From Tetramitus jugosus (lineage: Eukaryota > Protista > Heterolobosea): a stretch of 64,000 bases of DNA. Positions 36,821-46,219 of this stretch are shown piece by piece. Positions within the stretch are counted from its first letter, which is position 1. Each line of letters opens with the position of its first letter. Both the position numbers and the translations under genes were made by a program. Below the pieces are notes generated by a model. The model was given only the letters and a program-made list of their open reading frames with translations. It did not search any database and was not told the DNA's origin. The stretch lies in NCBI GenBank assembly GCA_937625935.1, contig OW569373.1:124001-188000 (forward strand), given 5' to 3'.

Positions 36821-37282
36821 TGTTGCTATGTGGTGTGATCGAGATGGTTGTTTTGTGTTTTTTTCCCTTGCTAGAGGACGAATGATGTGTTCTTGGCCTT
36901 TCGCTGTGAACTTTACGAACAGTTGTCAAGTGTCAAAGTTGTCGGAAAAAGGAAAAGGATCAATTGTTGGACTCTGTACTTACTGCTGACCTTAGGATGG
37001 CCACTACTTCAATGACATAACTGAATGTAACCAGGATCCTAATCTCGGACATCCAATTCAGTAGGGTCCATCCATTCACTTCTTGGATCTCCAATAAATA
37101 TGTATTATCGCGCACGGTCAGCCGGCTCCCTTCTTTATGGAGATTCTCAACACCCGGCCTCCTTCAAGTGGTTCGCTCATAAATGAAAAAGTCCTCTATG
37201 TCCTAAGTCTGTGAAGCTAATGGGATGCATCACATGGTTTCAATTTGAGAAATCCTTCAAAACAACAAACATAACATACACA

Positions 37283-38482
37283 ATGAAAATTAGCACCTAC
37301 CTTATTGTACTACTTGTTCTTCTCAATTTGCTCGTTGATGTGCTTTCCGTCATCCACACCATTGGTCTCAAAGAAGCTTTCCACGGTTCTCGTATCATCA
37401 TGGACAACGACGGAAGCAGATCTTTCACCACAGAAGTTTATCACAACTACCACATAGCGGATTCTTGGGGTGGAAGGTCAAACTACAGGTTTTGGGCAGT
37501 TCATACTGATGGATCTACATCATACAGTGGCAATTATGACAATTCAGGAACACATATTTTCCATTTGCACTACAATAAGCCAATCTCTAAATACTATGTT
37601 CAGTGTTTAGATTCCACCCTGAAGTGCAATTTGAATGGTTTCTTTGTGTTCACTTTTTTAGTAGATCCATACGTAGAACCAGGACCTCCAGGATCTAAAG
37701 TGGAACCCTTTTTCCTTTACATTGACGACGGTCAGTGTTTAGATGCTTTGTATGTCGGAGGAGCCATAGCTGGCCCATACACTATTGAATGGACTAATAC
37801 TGTGACACAACCAACACGTTTAGAGGTATCCTATGGTAATCCTGACAAAATGACAGAGATTTATTCCTATTATCAATCCTCGGTTTCTCAAATTGTTTCA
37901 GGAGGGGGAAATGTAACCTTGAACATGAAACTGAATATTTGCAACAATGGAGGATCTACTGGTGACTTCAATGGAAGATTGATTTACTACCAGCCTACAA
38001 TTCCAGCAAAAGATGGATACGAGATTTTAAAGCTTCCATTCATTTTTAATATGGCTCTGGGTGAGACTACAGCAGTAGTACCCGATTGTGAGCTTGGATA
38101 TGATGGAAACTTGGCAGTTGATGTCTATTCTGACACATCTGAGTCCTCAATGGCATACACTCTGACATTTTGGTTTAGCGATTATGTGTACAGCAATGCT
38201 CATATGACAACTGCGAAAGGGGCAGTATTTTATAACCTCGTGTCCCAACAACCCTTTGTTCGCCTCCTACTGAGGTGCAGACTGTCATCAGGATGTACAT
38301 TCAACGGTCAAATGATTGTCAACAGGAAACTTGCTGAGCCTCCAGTAGCAGAAAGTACTATTGTCATTCCACCAGTAGAGTCAAAATCACCAGTAACTCC
38401 TGTTAGCAGTGCCCCTTCTTTGAGGACCAGCTCCGGCAGGATAATTGCAGCAATCGTGGTTCTTTTCATGTTCCTTCAATAA
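37283..38482 (+). CDS. Secreted/surface protein (signal peptide, three weak internal repeats, P/S/T stalk, C-terminal hydrophobic GPI-like signal)
   Basis: MKISTYLIVLLVLLNLLVDVLS; repeats ending C...(C)xFNG; tail IIAAIVVLFMFLQ*. Confidence 0.75.
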   Translation: MKISTYLIVLLVLLNLLVDVLSVIHTIGLKEAFHGSRIIMDNDGSRSFTTEVYHNYHIADSWGGRSNYRFWAVHTDGSTSYSGNYDNSGTHIFHLHYNKPISKYYVQCLDSTLKCNLNGFFVFTFLVDPYVEPGPPGSKVEPFFLYIDDGQCLDALYVGGAIAGPYTIEWTNTVTQPTRLEVSYGNPDKMTEIYSYYQSSVSQIVSGGGNVTLNMKLNICNNGGSTGDFNGRLIYYQPTIPAKDGYEILKLPFIFNMALGETTAVVPDCELGYDGNLAVDVYSDTSESSMAYTLTFWFSDYVYSNAHMTTAKGAVFYNLVSQQPFVRLLLRCRLSSGCTFNGQMIVNRKLAEPPVAESTIVIPPVESKSPVTPVSSAPSLRTSSGRIIAAIVVLFMFLQ

Positions 38483-38699
38483 TTGAGGTTATTCAACCTG
38501 TCTCAAGAGTGATCTCTGGTTTCGATATTGGTGGGGAACAGCAACTAAGAAAACAATACAGAACTTTCTCGAGTCAGATGCAAATTGAAGAAACATAAAT
38601 GATATCTCATTTGATTCAAATCAAGTCAAAATTGCATCTGAATTGCAAAACCTTGTTCTTTCGAAATAGAGGCTACTGAATCCATATCATCAACATACC

Positions 38700-39014
38700 A
38701 CATGTTGGAGTTTCTTTTGGTTCGTCGAGAGTTCTTTCCAGGATAGGAACAAAATTGTGCCAAACAAACGAAATAAAGAATTTCTTTACCTCTCTCCTAT
38801 TTTATGCGACATCATCGAATAACACATATGGATCAAGATATCAGGGCCCTTGGTCGCCTCCTTACTGACTGTCAAAGCTAGACATCTTCCTGCTTACACA
38901 GTCCTTGGGCATCGAACGAGGCAATGCAACACTTTCGGGTTCCTTGTGGCACCAGACACACATTGTGGGTTCGGCACCCGTGTTTTTCAGACATAGAACA
39001 ACTTCCTCGCATTC
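38700..39014 (-). mobile_element. Old degenerate non-LTR retrotransposon ORF2 fragment (CCHC zinc-knuckle region); left boundary approximate
   Basis: Minus strand encodes CVWCHKEPESV-[frameshift]-HCLVRCP, matching the CX2C..E(S/T)xxH..CP knuckle of L1/Tx1-type ORF2; stops and a frameshift present; abuts the TSD. Confidence 0.6.
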
Positions 39015-39029
39015 GAATTCTAGGGTCGA
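39015..39029. repeat. Target-site duplication 1, GAATTCTAGGGTCGA (second copy 39513-39527)
   Basis: Exact 15-bp direct repeat abutting a T15 tract. Confidence 0.9.
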
Positions 39030-39192
39030 TTTTTTTTTTTTTTTCCATACAACCATGTGTGCTAGCGCAGCAAGCACACGATTGCTCATTTATTGACTTG
39101 TTTTGTGAGTGATGACCCGTAGGGCGTCATTCACTCTTCTTCTCTTGTTGTCCCGACGGTGCACCTACAGGTTGGAAGAATCACTCTAGTGA
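39030..39192 (-). mobile_element. 5'-truncated non-LTR retroelement 3' UTR with poly(A)15 (insertion 1)
   Basis: Minus strand: hairpin (39107-39136), AATAAA (39089-39094), terminal stem-loop (39049-39085), A15 (39030-39044); flanked by 15-bp TSD. Confidence 0.82.
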
Positions 39193-39205
39193 GAATTCTA
39201 GGGTC
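39191..39205. repeat. Target-site duplication 2, GAGAATTCTAGGGTC (second copy 39511-39525)
   Basis: Exact 15-bp direct repeat abutting TTG(T)11. Confidence 0.9.
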
Positions 39206-39510
39206 TTGTTTTTTTTTTTAATACAACACGAGGTTGCTCTTTATTACTCTGTCCTACTTTCTTTTAGTTTCTCAGATCGTCCTTGTTACGCTAGGAGAGC
39301 GTCTCCTCTTTCTTGTTAGTAACGCTCACAGAGCGTTACTACTGTTTGCAGTCCTTTGATTGCTGGTAGAGTCTGTGAAGCGTTGTGATGCAGCGACTCT
39401 TCACCCAGCACACAAAACTACGGGCCTTTCGATGTGCTACTTCTTGTTTCATCCCATTTTTCATCAGCGCATCTGCCACCTGGTCGACAGCGTCGTTCTC
39501 TAATCCCATC
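39206..39510 (-). mobile_element. 5'-truncated non-LTR retroelement: ORF C-terminal remnant, 3' UTR and poly(A) (insertion 2)
   Basis: Open 56-aa frame 39339-39509 (MGLENDAVDQ...SKDCKQ*), perfect 11-bp hairpin 39317-39341, AATAAA 39240-39245, terminal stem-loop 39223-39237, A11CAA tail, 15-bp TSD. Confidence 0.82.
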
Positions 39511-39555
39511 GAGAATTCTAGGGTCGAATACGTCTAATCGGAGAAACAGATGTAA

Positions 39556-39628
39556 TCCTCCATGGCTCAGTTGGTAGAGCGTCAGGCTGTTAACCTGCAG
39601 GTCGTTGGTTCGAGCCCAACTGGAGGAG
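39556..39628 (+). tRNA. trnN-GTT: tRNA-Asn(GTT), intronless
   Basis: Acceptor TCCTCCA/TGGAGGA+G, A box TGGCTCAGTTGG, anticodon loop CTGTTAA, B box GGTTCGAGCCC, TTTT a few nt downstream. Confidence 0.96.
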
Positions 39629-39692
39629 ACACCTTTTAGTTAGGCGCCATATTCAAAGGGTCACAAAAAAGTTGCCCAAACAAAAGCAAACG

Positions 39693-40732
39693 ATGACCAC
39701 TGTTGATAAGCTGTCCCATTTTATTGTCCACGACAAGATTGGCCAAGGAACCTACGGTGGTATGGATCATACAAAGCTTTCGTTTTTCTTGACCCACACG
39801 AGCTTATACAAGCTAACAACAGCTTTTTGTTTTCACATCCTTGGATGTCAACCCAATTTTCACCTTTCAATTTATTAGTTGTGTACAGAGCAGAGGACAG
39901 AACCACAGGTAAGCTTGTTGCTCTCAAGAAGATCAAGTTGGAGCACGAGGATGAGGGCATTCCTTGTACTGCGATCCGTGAGATCTCCCTTCTCAAGCAA
40001 GTAGCTCTCCATGCCAATGTAGTGAATCTTTACGATGTGATCCATCAGGAAAAGCACTTGACTCTCGTGTTTGAGTACCTTGATGAAGACTTGAGAAAGT
40101 TTTTGGATTTCAGAAAGAGGAGAAACTTGTTCATGAGCACTCAGATGCTCAAGAGCTTTGTTTATCAAATTTTGAGTGGTCTTGCCTTTTGTCATTCGAG
40201 AAGAGTGTTGCACAGGGATCTGAAACCTCAGAATTTGTTGGTTGAGCAGCAACGAGTGGTCAAGTTGGCTGATTTTGGTCTTGCGAGAGAATTTACACTT
40301 CCATTGCACACTTTTACTCATGAAGTGGTCACTCTGTGGTATAGAGCACCTGAAATTTTGTTAGGAACAGAGAGATATACTTCAGCTGTTGATATTTGGA
40401 GTGTGGGATGTATTATGGCAGAAATGGCCACGAACACTGCTCTCTTTCAGGGAGACAGTGAAATTGAGCAGCTACTCAAAATGTTTTCCACGTTGGGAAC
40501 ACCTTCTGAGGAAACATGGTCTGGTGTTTCTGGATTGAAACACTACAAACCAACCTTCCCACGCTGGACAGGCAATCTGTTGAGATCTAAAGTATCAACT
40601 GACAGATTGGATGACGCGGGTCTGGATTTGTTATCCAAGATGTTGACATATGATCCGGAGAAACGTATTACAGCTAGACAAGCAATGGAACATCCTTGGT
40701 TTAGAGATGTTACTGTTGCATACACCATGTAG
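39693..40732 (+). CDS. Cyclin-dependent kinase (PCTAIRE-motif, CDK1/2/5-like); exons 39693-39759 and 39879-40732
   Basis: IGQGTYGVV, EGIPCTAIREISLLK, HRDLKPQN, DFGLAR, THEVVTLWYRAPE, GDSEI. Confidence 0.95.
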
Positions 40733-40871
40733 TTGAGAAACTGTAGTTGTATTTGAAAAGTGTGCGAGTGCAATAGTGGATATTCACTCTGTCACCAAGA
40801 GAGAACAATAAACTCTTAGATACAAATTTTGTTTTTATAAAAGTGATAATTACTTGGTATTGTTCATAACC

Positions 40872-41996
40872 TTACTCTACAACTAGTGTCTCGTATTGTC
40901 TTCTTGATCTGCTCTTCATCTCACCCTTGTACACAAAGTAGATGATCGCACCACAGATGGAAAAGTCAATCAAGGCAACAAATAATCCGAAAGCGTTGTA
41001 AGGTAGAGCAACACGTCTGCGAATGCGGCTAGATCCACTCTTGTCAACTGAAGCCACCTGAATTGGAACTGGTACAGTCGATCCAGGTTCAGGCAAACCA
41101 TCATGAGCTCCGGAACATGGAGTAAAGATGCGAATTGTGTTTCCAGGCTCAGTAGGACATCTATACACATTATTAGCACCATCCACTCTGTTCACTGTGC
41201 ACAGTTTGTGATTCTTGTCTTCAAAAATGGTCACTTCCGGCATTCTAGCAGTCAAGGTATAGGTCAGGGAGATTTCTGTGTCTGAGACATCGCCCTTGGC
41301 CTTGGCAGAGTATGTCAATCTCAATGTTCCTGCTTCACCCTCTGGTACATAGTTACATGTGGCAGTGCAGTGTCCACCAGTAGCAGTCTTGGATGTACAG
41401 CTTACTTGACTGCACGACTTGGTATTAAACTCAACTACTCCTTCACTGTACAAGGATTCAGTGAATTGATACTGGTAGTCAACTTGGAATGATGGCATCA
41501 TATCCCAATTGATCTGTCCATAAATTCGATTGGCAGACAACAATCCATTGCCATTCAAGGATCCAACCACTGATTGTGTCTGTGCAAAAACAGCCATTCT
41601 CCCCGTTTCCTTAATATCAGCCTTCTTCTCCTCATTTCCAATAAAAATGCGATAATTTTCATCGTTTGGAACCGAAAGTTCAACATACTTGTGCAAATCT
41701 GCAAAATTGGCTGGCGATGAACCGAGAACTGAGAAACCAGGTGAATGATTGATGCATGGCATCTGATAATTGAATTCTGGGTACTTGTCTACCCAGATGG
41801 ACACATCAGTAGCCTTGGAAAGTGCACCAGAGAATAGTTTTCTCACTAGAATTAGTGTTCCTATCAATAGAATGAGGCCAATGATGATTGTCAAGGCAAT
41901 TTTGACGAAAAATGTTTTGCTAAAGGGTGGGAGTTTGTTTGATGGAGGTGGCATGTCCATGGCAGGCTCATCATAGTCGATATCAGCGTCCTGCAT
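40872..41996 (-). CDS. Two-TM membrane protein with Cys-containing luminal loop, unknown function
   Basis: Hydrophobic helices near both termini, ORF of 374 aa. Confidence 0.75.
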   Translation of the reverse strand: MQDADIDYDEPAMDMPPPSNKLPPFSKTFFVKIALTIIIGLILLIGTLILVRKLFSGALSKATDVSIWVDKYPEFNYQMPCINHSPGFSVLGSSPANFADLHKYVELSVPNDENYRIFIGNEEKKADIKETGRMAVFAQTQSVVGSLNGNGLLSANRIYGQINWDMMPSFQVDYQYQFTESLYSEGVVEFNTKSCSQVSCTSKTATGGHCTATCNYVPEGEAGTLRLTYSAKAKGDVSDTEISLTYTLTARMPEVTIFEDKNHKLCTVNRVDGANNVYRCPTEPGNTIRIFTPCSGAHDGLPEPGSTVPVPIQVASVDKSGSSRIRRRVALPYNAFGLFVALIDFSICGAIIYFVYKGEMKSRSRRQYETLVVE

Positions 41997-42157
41997 TTTC
42001 TCTGTCTGTTTGTTTTACTTGTTGTTTTTTGATTTTCTGTTTGTGCGATCTTCCTTTACGTGTTTTTTTTTGTTTTGTGTGAACTGGAGGAGAATCGGAG
42101 GAAAGCAAACTCCGAGTTGGATGGTCTTTTTGAAAGTGAAGGAGTCAGGTGGTAAAC

Positions 42158-42868
42158 CTATGTCAATTGCTTGAGGCGCAAGTTTCCGAGCTTCTTATCA
42201 ATCTCTGCAATGGATTTTTCAAGAGCACTAATTTCCTTTGAAAACCCTGTGACCAGTCTCTCGGGTTTACGAGCTACAAACTTGCGTCTCGGATGTTCAG
42301 TCGTTCGGGTGGACACAGCTCTCCTCACGCCATGAATATTGGGTAAACGAATGGCTGGTGCTGTTATGGCAGTATCTGTAGCATTAGATCGATCGGTCAA
42401 TAAATAAAATTCGTAATCCACAGTTTCTGGAGGTCTAGAGAACTCTTTCTTCTCTCCAAGCGCCTTCTTGGGAGGAGCTTCCTCCTTCTTTGGAAGTTTA
42501 AAGCTAGGAATTTTAATTTTTCGCTTTGAAACTTGATCCTCTCGATTCTTTACTATTTGATTCACAAAAGCTGAAGAATCCAAGTTTGGGTTCTCTTTTG
42601 TCAGGAATTCTGCAGCCAAGAACAGTCGGGTACTATCACTAACGTCCTTCTTCTGTTTCAAATCCGAAAATCGCTCATTAGATATACTCAAGTCCAAATT
42701 ATTGACTAATCTACTCAATCGAAGTTCATTATCACTTGGAAATTGAGCTTTTTGATTCAAATTAGATCGCTTGAGCTTCCTCTGTTCAATTCGTTGCTTT
42801 TTCCTTAGTTGTATCTGTTTTAACTTGATGTAATAATCACTATATGTTGTAGTGTAGTTATCGTACAT
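42158..42868 (-). CDS. Hypothetical basic/coiled-coil protein
   Basis: 236-aa ATG-initiated ORF, no recognisable motif. Confidence 0.6.
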   Translation of the reverse strand: MYDNYTTTYSDYYIKLKQIQLRKKQRIEQRKLKRSNLNQKAQFPSDNELRLSRLVNNLDLSISNERFSDLKQKKDVSDSTRLFLAAEFLTKENPNLDSSAFVNQIVKNREDQVSKRKIKIPSFKLPKKEEAPPKKALGEKKEFSRPPETVDYEFYLLTDRSNATDTAITAPAIRLPNIHGVRRAVSTRTTEHPRRKFVARKPERLVTGFSKEISALEKSIAEIDKKLGNLRLKQLT

Positions 42869-43020
42869 GTCCAGTCCATGTTCATTCCAGTATCATCAAC
42901 TCTATTTTTTCCAAAAACTGAATGGGTCGTAAAAACTGGCGTTCATGAAAAAAGCGGAGAATACCTCACATATCCGACAAAAATTCACACAACCACCGAA
43001 AGAAACGAAACAAGTCCAAC

Positions 43021-43627
43021 ATGTCCCAATTTGAAAGTGTTCTCACACCACAACAGCAACAACAATTTGTCACGGGTATCCATCATATTTTTACCAGCTG
43101 GACCGCAGTTCAACTAGCCATTGAAAACTCCTTGTTGGGAAGTCAAAGAGAAACACAAGAAGCTTTCGATGAAATTGAACAAAACATTATCAAGGTTTGT
43201 TTTTGTTGATATTGTTTGTGATCTCTTTTGTTTTTGTTGTTTTTCGGTGAATCGGAGTATTAATCATGGGGTGATGTGCAAATAGTGGGTGGCAGCAGAT
43301 GGTGATGAATTGTATGTGAAGGAAATTGTGAATTATTTGGATGATGTGTTTGATGAAGATTTGGGACTTTTGGTGCAAGATGGAAGCATTTCCGAAGTCA
43401 GTGATCAATTTTTGGCACTGTTCAAGGCTTGCAAGAACAATGATTTCTCTCTTGTGGAACAATATGCTGCCATTTCTGCAGCAAACAGGTCATCTTCTTC
43501 TCGATCTTCTGGTGTACCCAATGCAGTTGCATCTGACGATGAAGAGTTTGAAGATGAGGAAGAAACATCGAATGAACCTGAAGTTGACGAGGATGGATTC
43601 ACTGTTGTGAAAACAAAGAAAAGATAA
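43021..43627 (+). CDS. TSR2: Pre-rRNA processing protein TSR2; exons 43021-43194 and 43286-43627
   Basis: FTSWTAVQLAIEN, QDGSISEVS, acidic tail EVDEDGFTVV; intron 43195-43285. Confidence 0.85.
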
Positions 43628-43827
43628 ACTTGTTTGTCAAAGTATTCATCAAGTCCTTCAAAACTTGTTTTGTAATCAGCGAACACCCTCGGATAATTTT
43701 TTTCTCTTGAAGTTTCATCTTCCGGGATTTGATTCTAAAATTAACATTCCACTCAGAGATGTCCGCCACAAGAAGAGTGCTGTCGTGGGTATTGTTCCTC
43801 CTAATCAACACTGCACTGATCATTTAC

Positions 43828-45933
43828 ATGTACAAACAAATCACTCGTCGTTTCCTCTCTACAACAACAACAAAACAATCACACTCATTGTTGTTCCATC
43901 AGCACCAAAAACGTTTCCACGCCACCACAAACAACATGTTGTACAAAAATAACTTACAATTCAACCTTTCTCCAGACAGAATCAAGGAACTCACTGATCA
44001 AACCATTGAATACTCTAGAAAGATCCAAGACAAGGTAGCCTCTCTGCCAGAAGATCAAAGAACATTCACCAATGTTGTTCTCCCATTGGCCAACGAAGAA
44101 GGTGAGTACATGGTGAATGAAAACTCTGTCACTTTTCCAAGCTACGTCTATGAGAACAAGGAAGCAAGAGATGCCGGTTCTGAAGCAGAAGCCAAATTGT
44201 CAGATTTTGCAATTGAGAGTGGTATGAGAAGAGATGTGTACGCTGCACTCAAGACTGTTCAAACCAATGAGTTTGATCGATTGAATGCAGAAGAACAGAG
44301 ATTGTTGACATTTATGATTCGTGACTTTGAGAGAAATGGACTCGGTTTGCCAGAGGACAAGCAAAATGAAGTCAAGGAACTGAAGCAAAAATTGAGCAAG
44401 ATTTGCATTGATTTCACAAAGAATTTGGGTGAGGACAAGACTGAAGTCTTGTTCACTGAGGAGGAATTAGAGGGATGTCCAAGTGATTTTCTCAGTGGAT
44501 TGAAGAAGGACGAGTCCAGTGGAAAGCTCGTTGTGACTCTCAAGTATCCCGATATTGTTCCAGTGATGAAGTATGCAAAGAAGCCTGAGACAAGAAGACG
44601 ATTGGACGAGGCACGTTCTTCTCAATGTCAAGCACAGAATGAGCCATTGTTTGAGCAAGCATTGATGTTGAGAAAGCAAATTGCTGATATTTTGGGCTTT
44701 GATACTCATGCTGATTACATTTTGGATATTAGAATGGCAAAGAACAAGGATAATGTGTTGCAATTCTTGAACGAGTTGAAGAGAAGATTGACACCTGGTG
44801 GTCAAAAGGAGTTGGAAAAGTTGAAGGAATTGAAGAAGACCAACGAATATGAAACTGATCCAGACAAGATCAACAGTTGGGACTATGCCTTCTATGACAG
44901 ATTGTTGAACGAGAGAGATTATCAAGTAGATGACAATTTGATCAAGGATTATTTCCCATTTGAGCACACCTTTAACGGACTATTGTCCATTGTTCAAGAA
45001 ACATTTGGATTGAAGTTCGAGGAACAACCTTTGAATGAGAATGAAACTTGGTACAATGACGTTAAGTTGTACAATGTTTTCGACGCTGAAACAAACAACT
45101 TTACTGGTCAATTCTATATTGATCTCTATCCAAGAGAGGGCAAGTACGGTCACTTTGCTGCTTTCCCACTCCAACCTCATTATATTAAACCAGATGGCAC
45201 AGAGCAACATCCAGTAAGTGCCATGGTGTGCAATTTCCCAAAGCCTCGTGCTGATGCTCCTTCTCTATTGAAGCACTCTGACGTGGTTACTTTGTTCCAT
45301 GAGTTTGGGCACTTGTGTCACGGTTTCTGCTCCAAGGCAAAGTATGCCAGATTTTCTGGAACAAGTGTTGAGCGTGACTTTGTTGAAATGCCTTCTCAAT
45401 TCATGGAGAACTACTGCTATGAAGCTGAAGCCCTCAAGCAGATCAGCAAGCACTACAAGACTGGTGAGCCATTGAGTGATGAGTTGATTCACAAGATTAT
45501 TGCTGCAAAGAACGCTGGCGTCTCTCTGTTCAACTTGAGACAATTGTTCTTTGGATACTTTGATATGACTTGTCACACATCGAACGAACCTGTTGATTCC
45601 AAGGTTCTGTATTCCAAGTTGAAGGAAGAAATCTCACTTGTGCCAAATATTCCAGGCACAAATGGAGCAGCCTCCTTTGGTCATTTGATGGGTGGCTATG
45701 ATGCATCCTACTATGGATATTTGTACTCTGAGGTGTTCTCTGCTGATATGTTTGACGCTTTCAAGAGAAGCGGCTCTGTCTTCAACAAGGATGTCGGTCA
45801 GAAATACAAGAAGATCGTCCTGGAAACCGGTGGCATGAAGGACGGCATTGATATTCTGAAGCAGTTCTTGGGCAGAGAGCCAAGTCAAACTGCATTCCTG
45901 AAGTCAATCGGCCTCCAAGAAGAAAGTAAATAA
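43828..45933 (+). CDS. M3A metallo-oligopeptidase (thimet oligopeptidase/neurolysin)
   Basis: DLYPREGKY, TLFHEFGH, ERDFVEMPSQ, FGHLMGGYDASYYGYLYS; start uncertain (ATGs at 43759, 43828, 43936). Confidence 0.93.
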   Translation: MYKQITRRFLSTTTTKQSHSLLFHQHQKRFHATTNNMLYKNNLQFNLSPDRIKELTDQTIEYSRKIQDKVASLPEDQRTFTNVVLPLANEEGEYMVNENSVTFPSYVYENKEARDAGSEAEAKLSDFAIESGMRRDVYAALKTVQTNEFDRLNAEEQRLLTFMIRDFERNGLGLPEDKQNEVKELKQKLSKICIDFTKNLGEDKTEVLFTEEELEGCPSDFLSGLKKDESSGKLVVTLKYPDIVPVMKYAKKPETRRRLDEARSSQCQAQNEPLFEQALMLRKQIADILGFDTHADYILDIRMAKNKDNVLQFLNELKRRLTPGGQKELEKLKELKKTNEYETDPDKINSWDYAFYDRLLNERDYQVDDNLIKDYFPFEHTFNGLLSIVQETFGLKFEEQPLNENETWYNDVKLYNVFDAETNNFTGQFYIDLYPREGKYGHFAAFPLQPHYIKPDGTEQHPVSAMVCNFPKPRADAPSLLKHSDVVTLFHEFGHLCHGFCSKAKYARFSGTSVERDFVEMPSQFMENYCYEAEALKQISKHYKTGEPLSDELIHKIIAAKNAGVSLFNLRQLFFGYFDMTCHTSNEPVDSKVLYSKLKEEISLVPNIPGTNGAASFGHLMGGYDASYYGYLYSEVFSADMFDAFKRSGSVFNKDVGQKYKKIVLETGGMKDGIDILKQFLGREPSQTAFLKSIGLQEESK

Positions 45934-46219
45934 ACTGAAGCGAATTGAACTAACGAAGACTCTTGAAAGCATTCCATCTTGCATTTGAGACATCCATTCG
46001 GGTATTTCTTCATTCCGAAATCAGAGATTCGCTCCGCAGATGTCACCTGCCACCGAGTCCAAAAAATAATTTCATGTCCAGTTCCACAACGACATCATCC
46101 ACAAGATCGCGACAATTTCGCACACCGAGCAAGAAAAAGCAAAAGCCAAACACACCACACAACAACTCAATAACAATCAAAACTTCTGCGAGAGACGCAG
46201 TGATTTACACCGATCACAC

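Noticed and set aside
39425-39470. Hammerhead ribozyme core (CTGATGA...GAAA) on the minus strand of insertion 2
   Set aside because: No stem II forms directly after CTGATGA and stems I/III are not evident; the words lie within the ORF remnant
39015-39527. Three GAATTCTAGGGTC repeats as a CRISPR-like array, an snRNA upstream element, or Pol III ncRNA cassettes ending in T-runs
   Set aside because: Spacers are long and unequal, there are no cas genes, the third copy has no T-run, and the offset 15-bp overlaps plus minus-strand AATAAA/poly(A) are explained exactly by two successive TSDs
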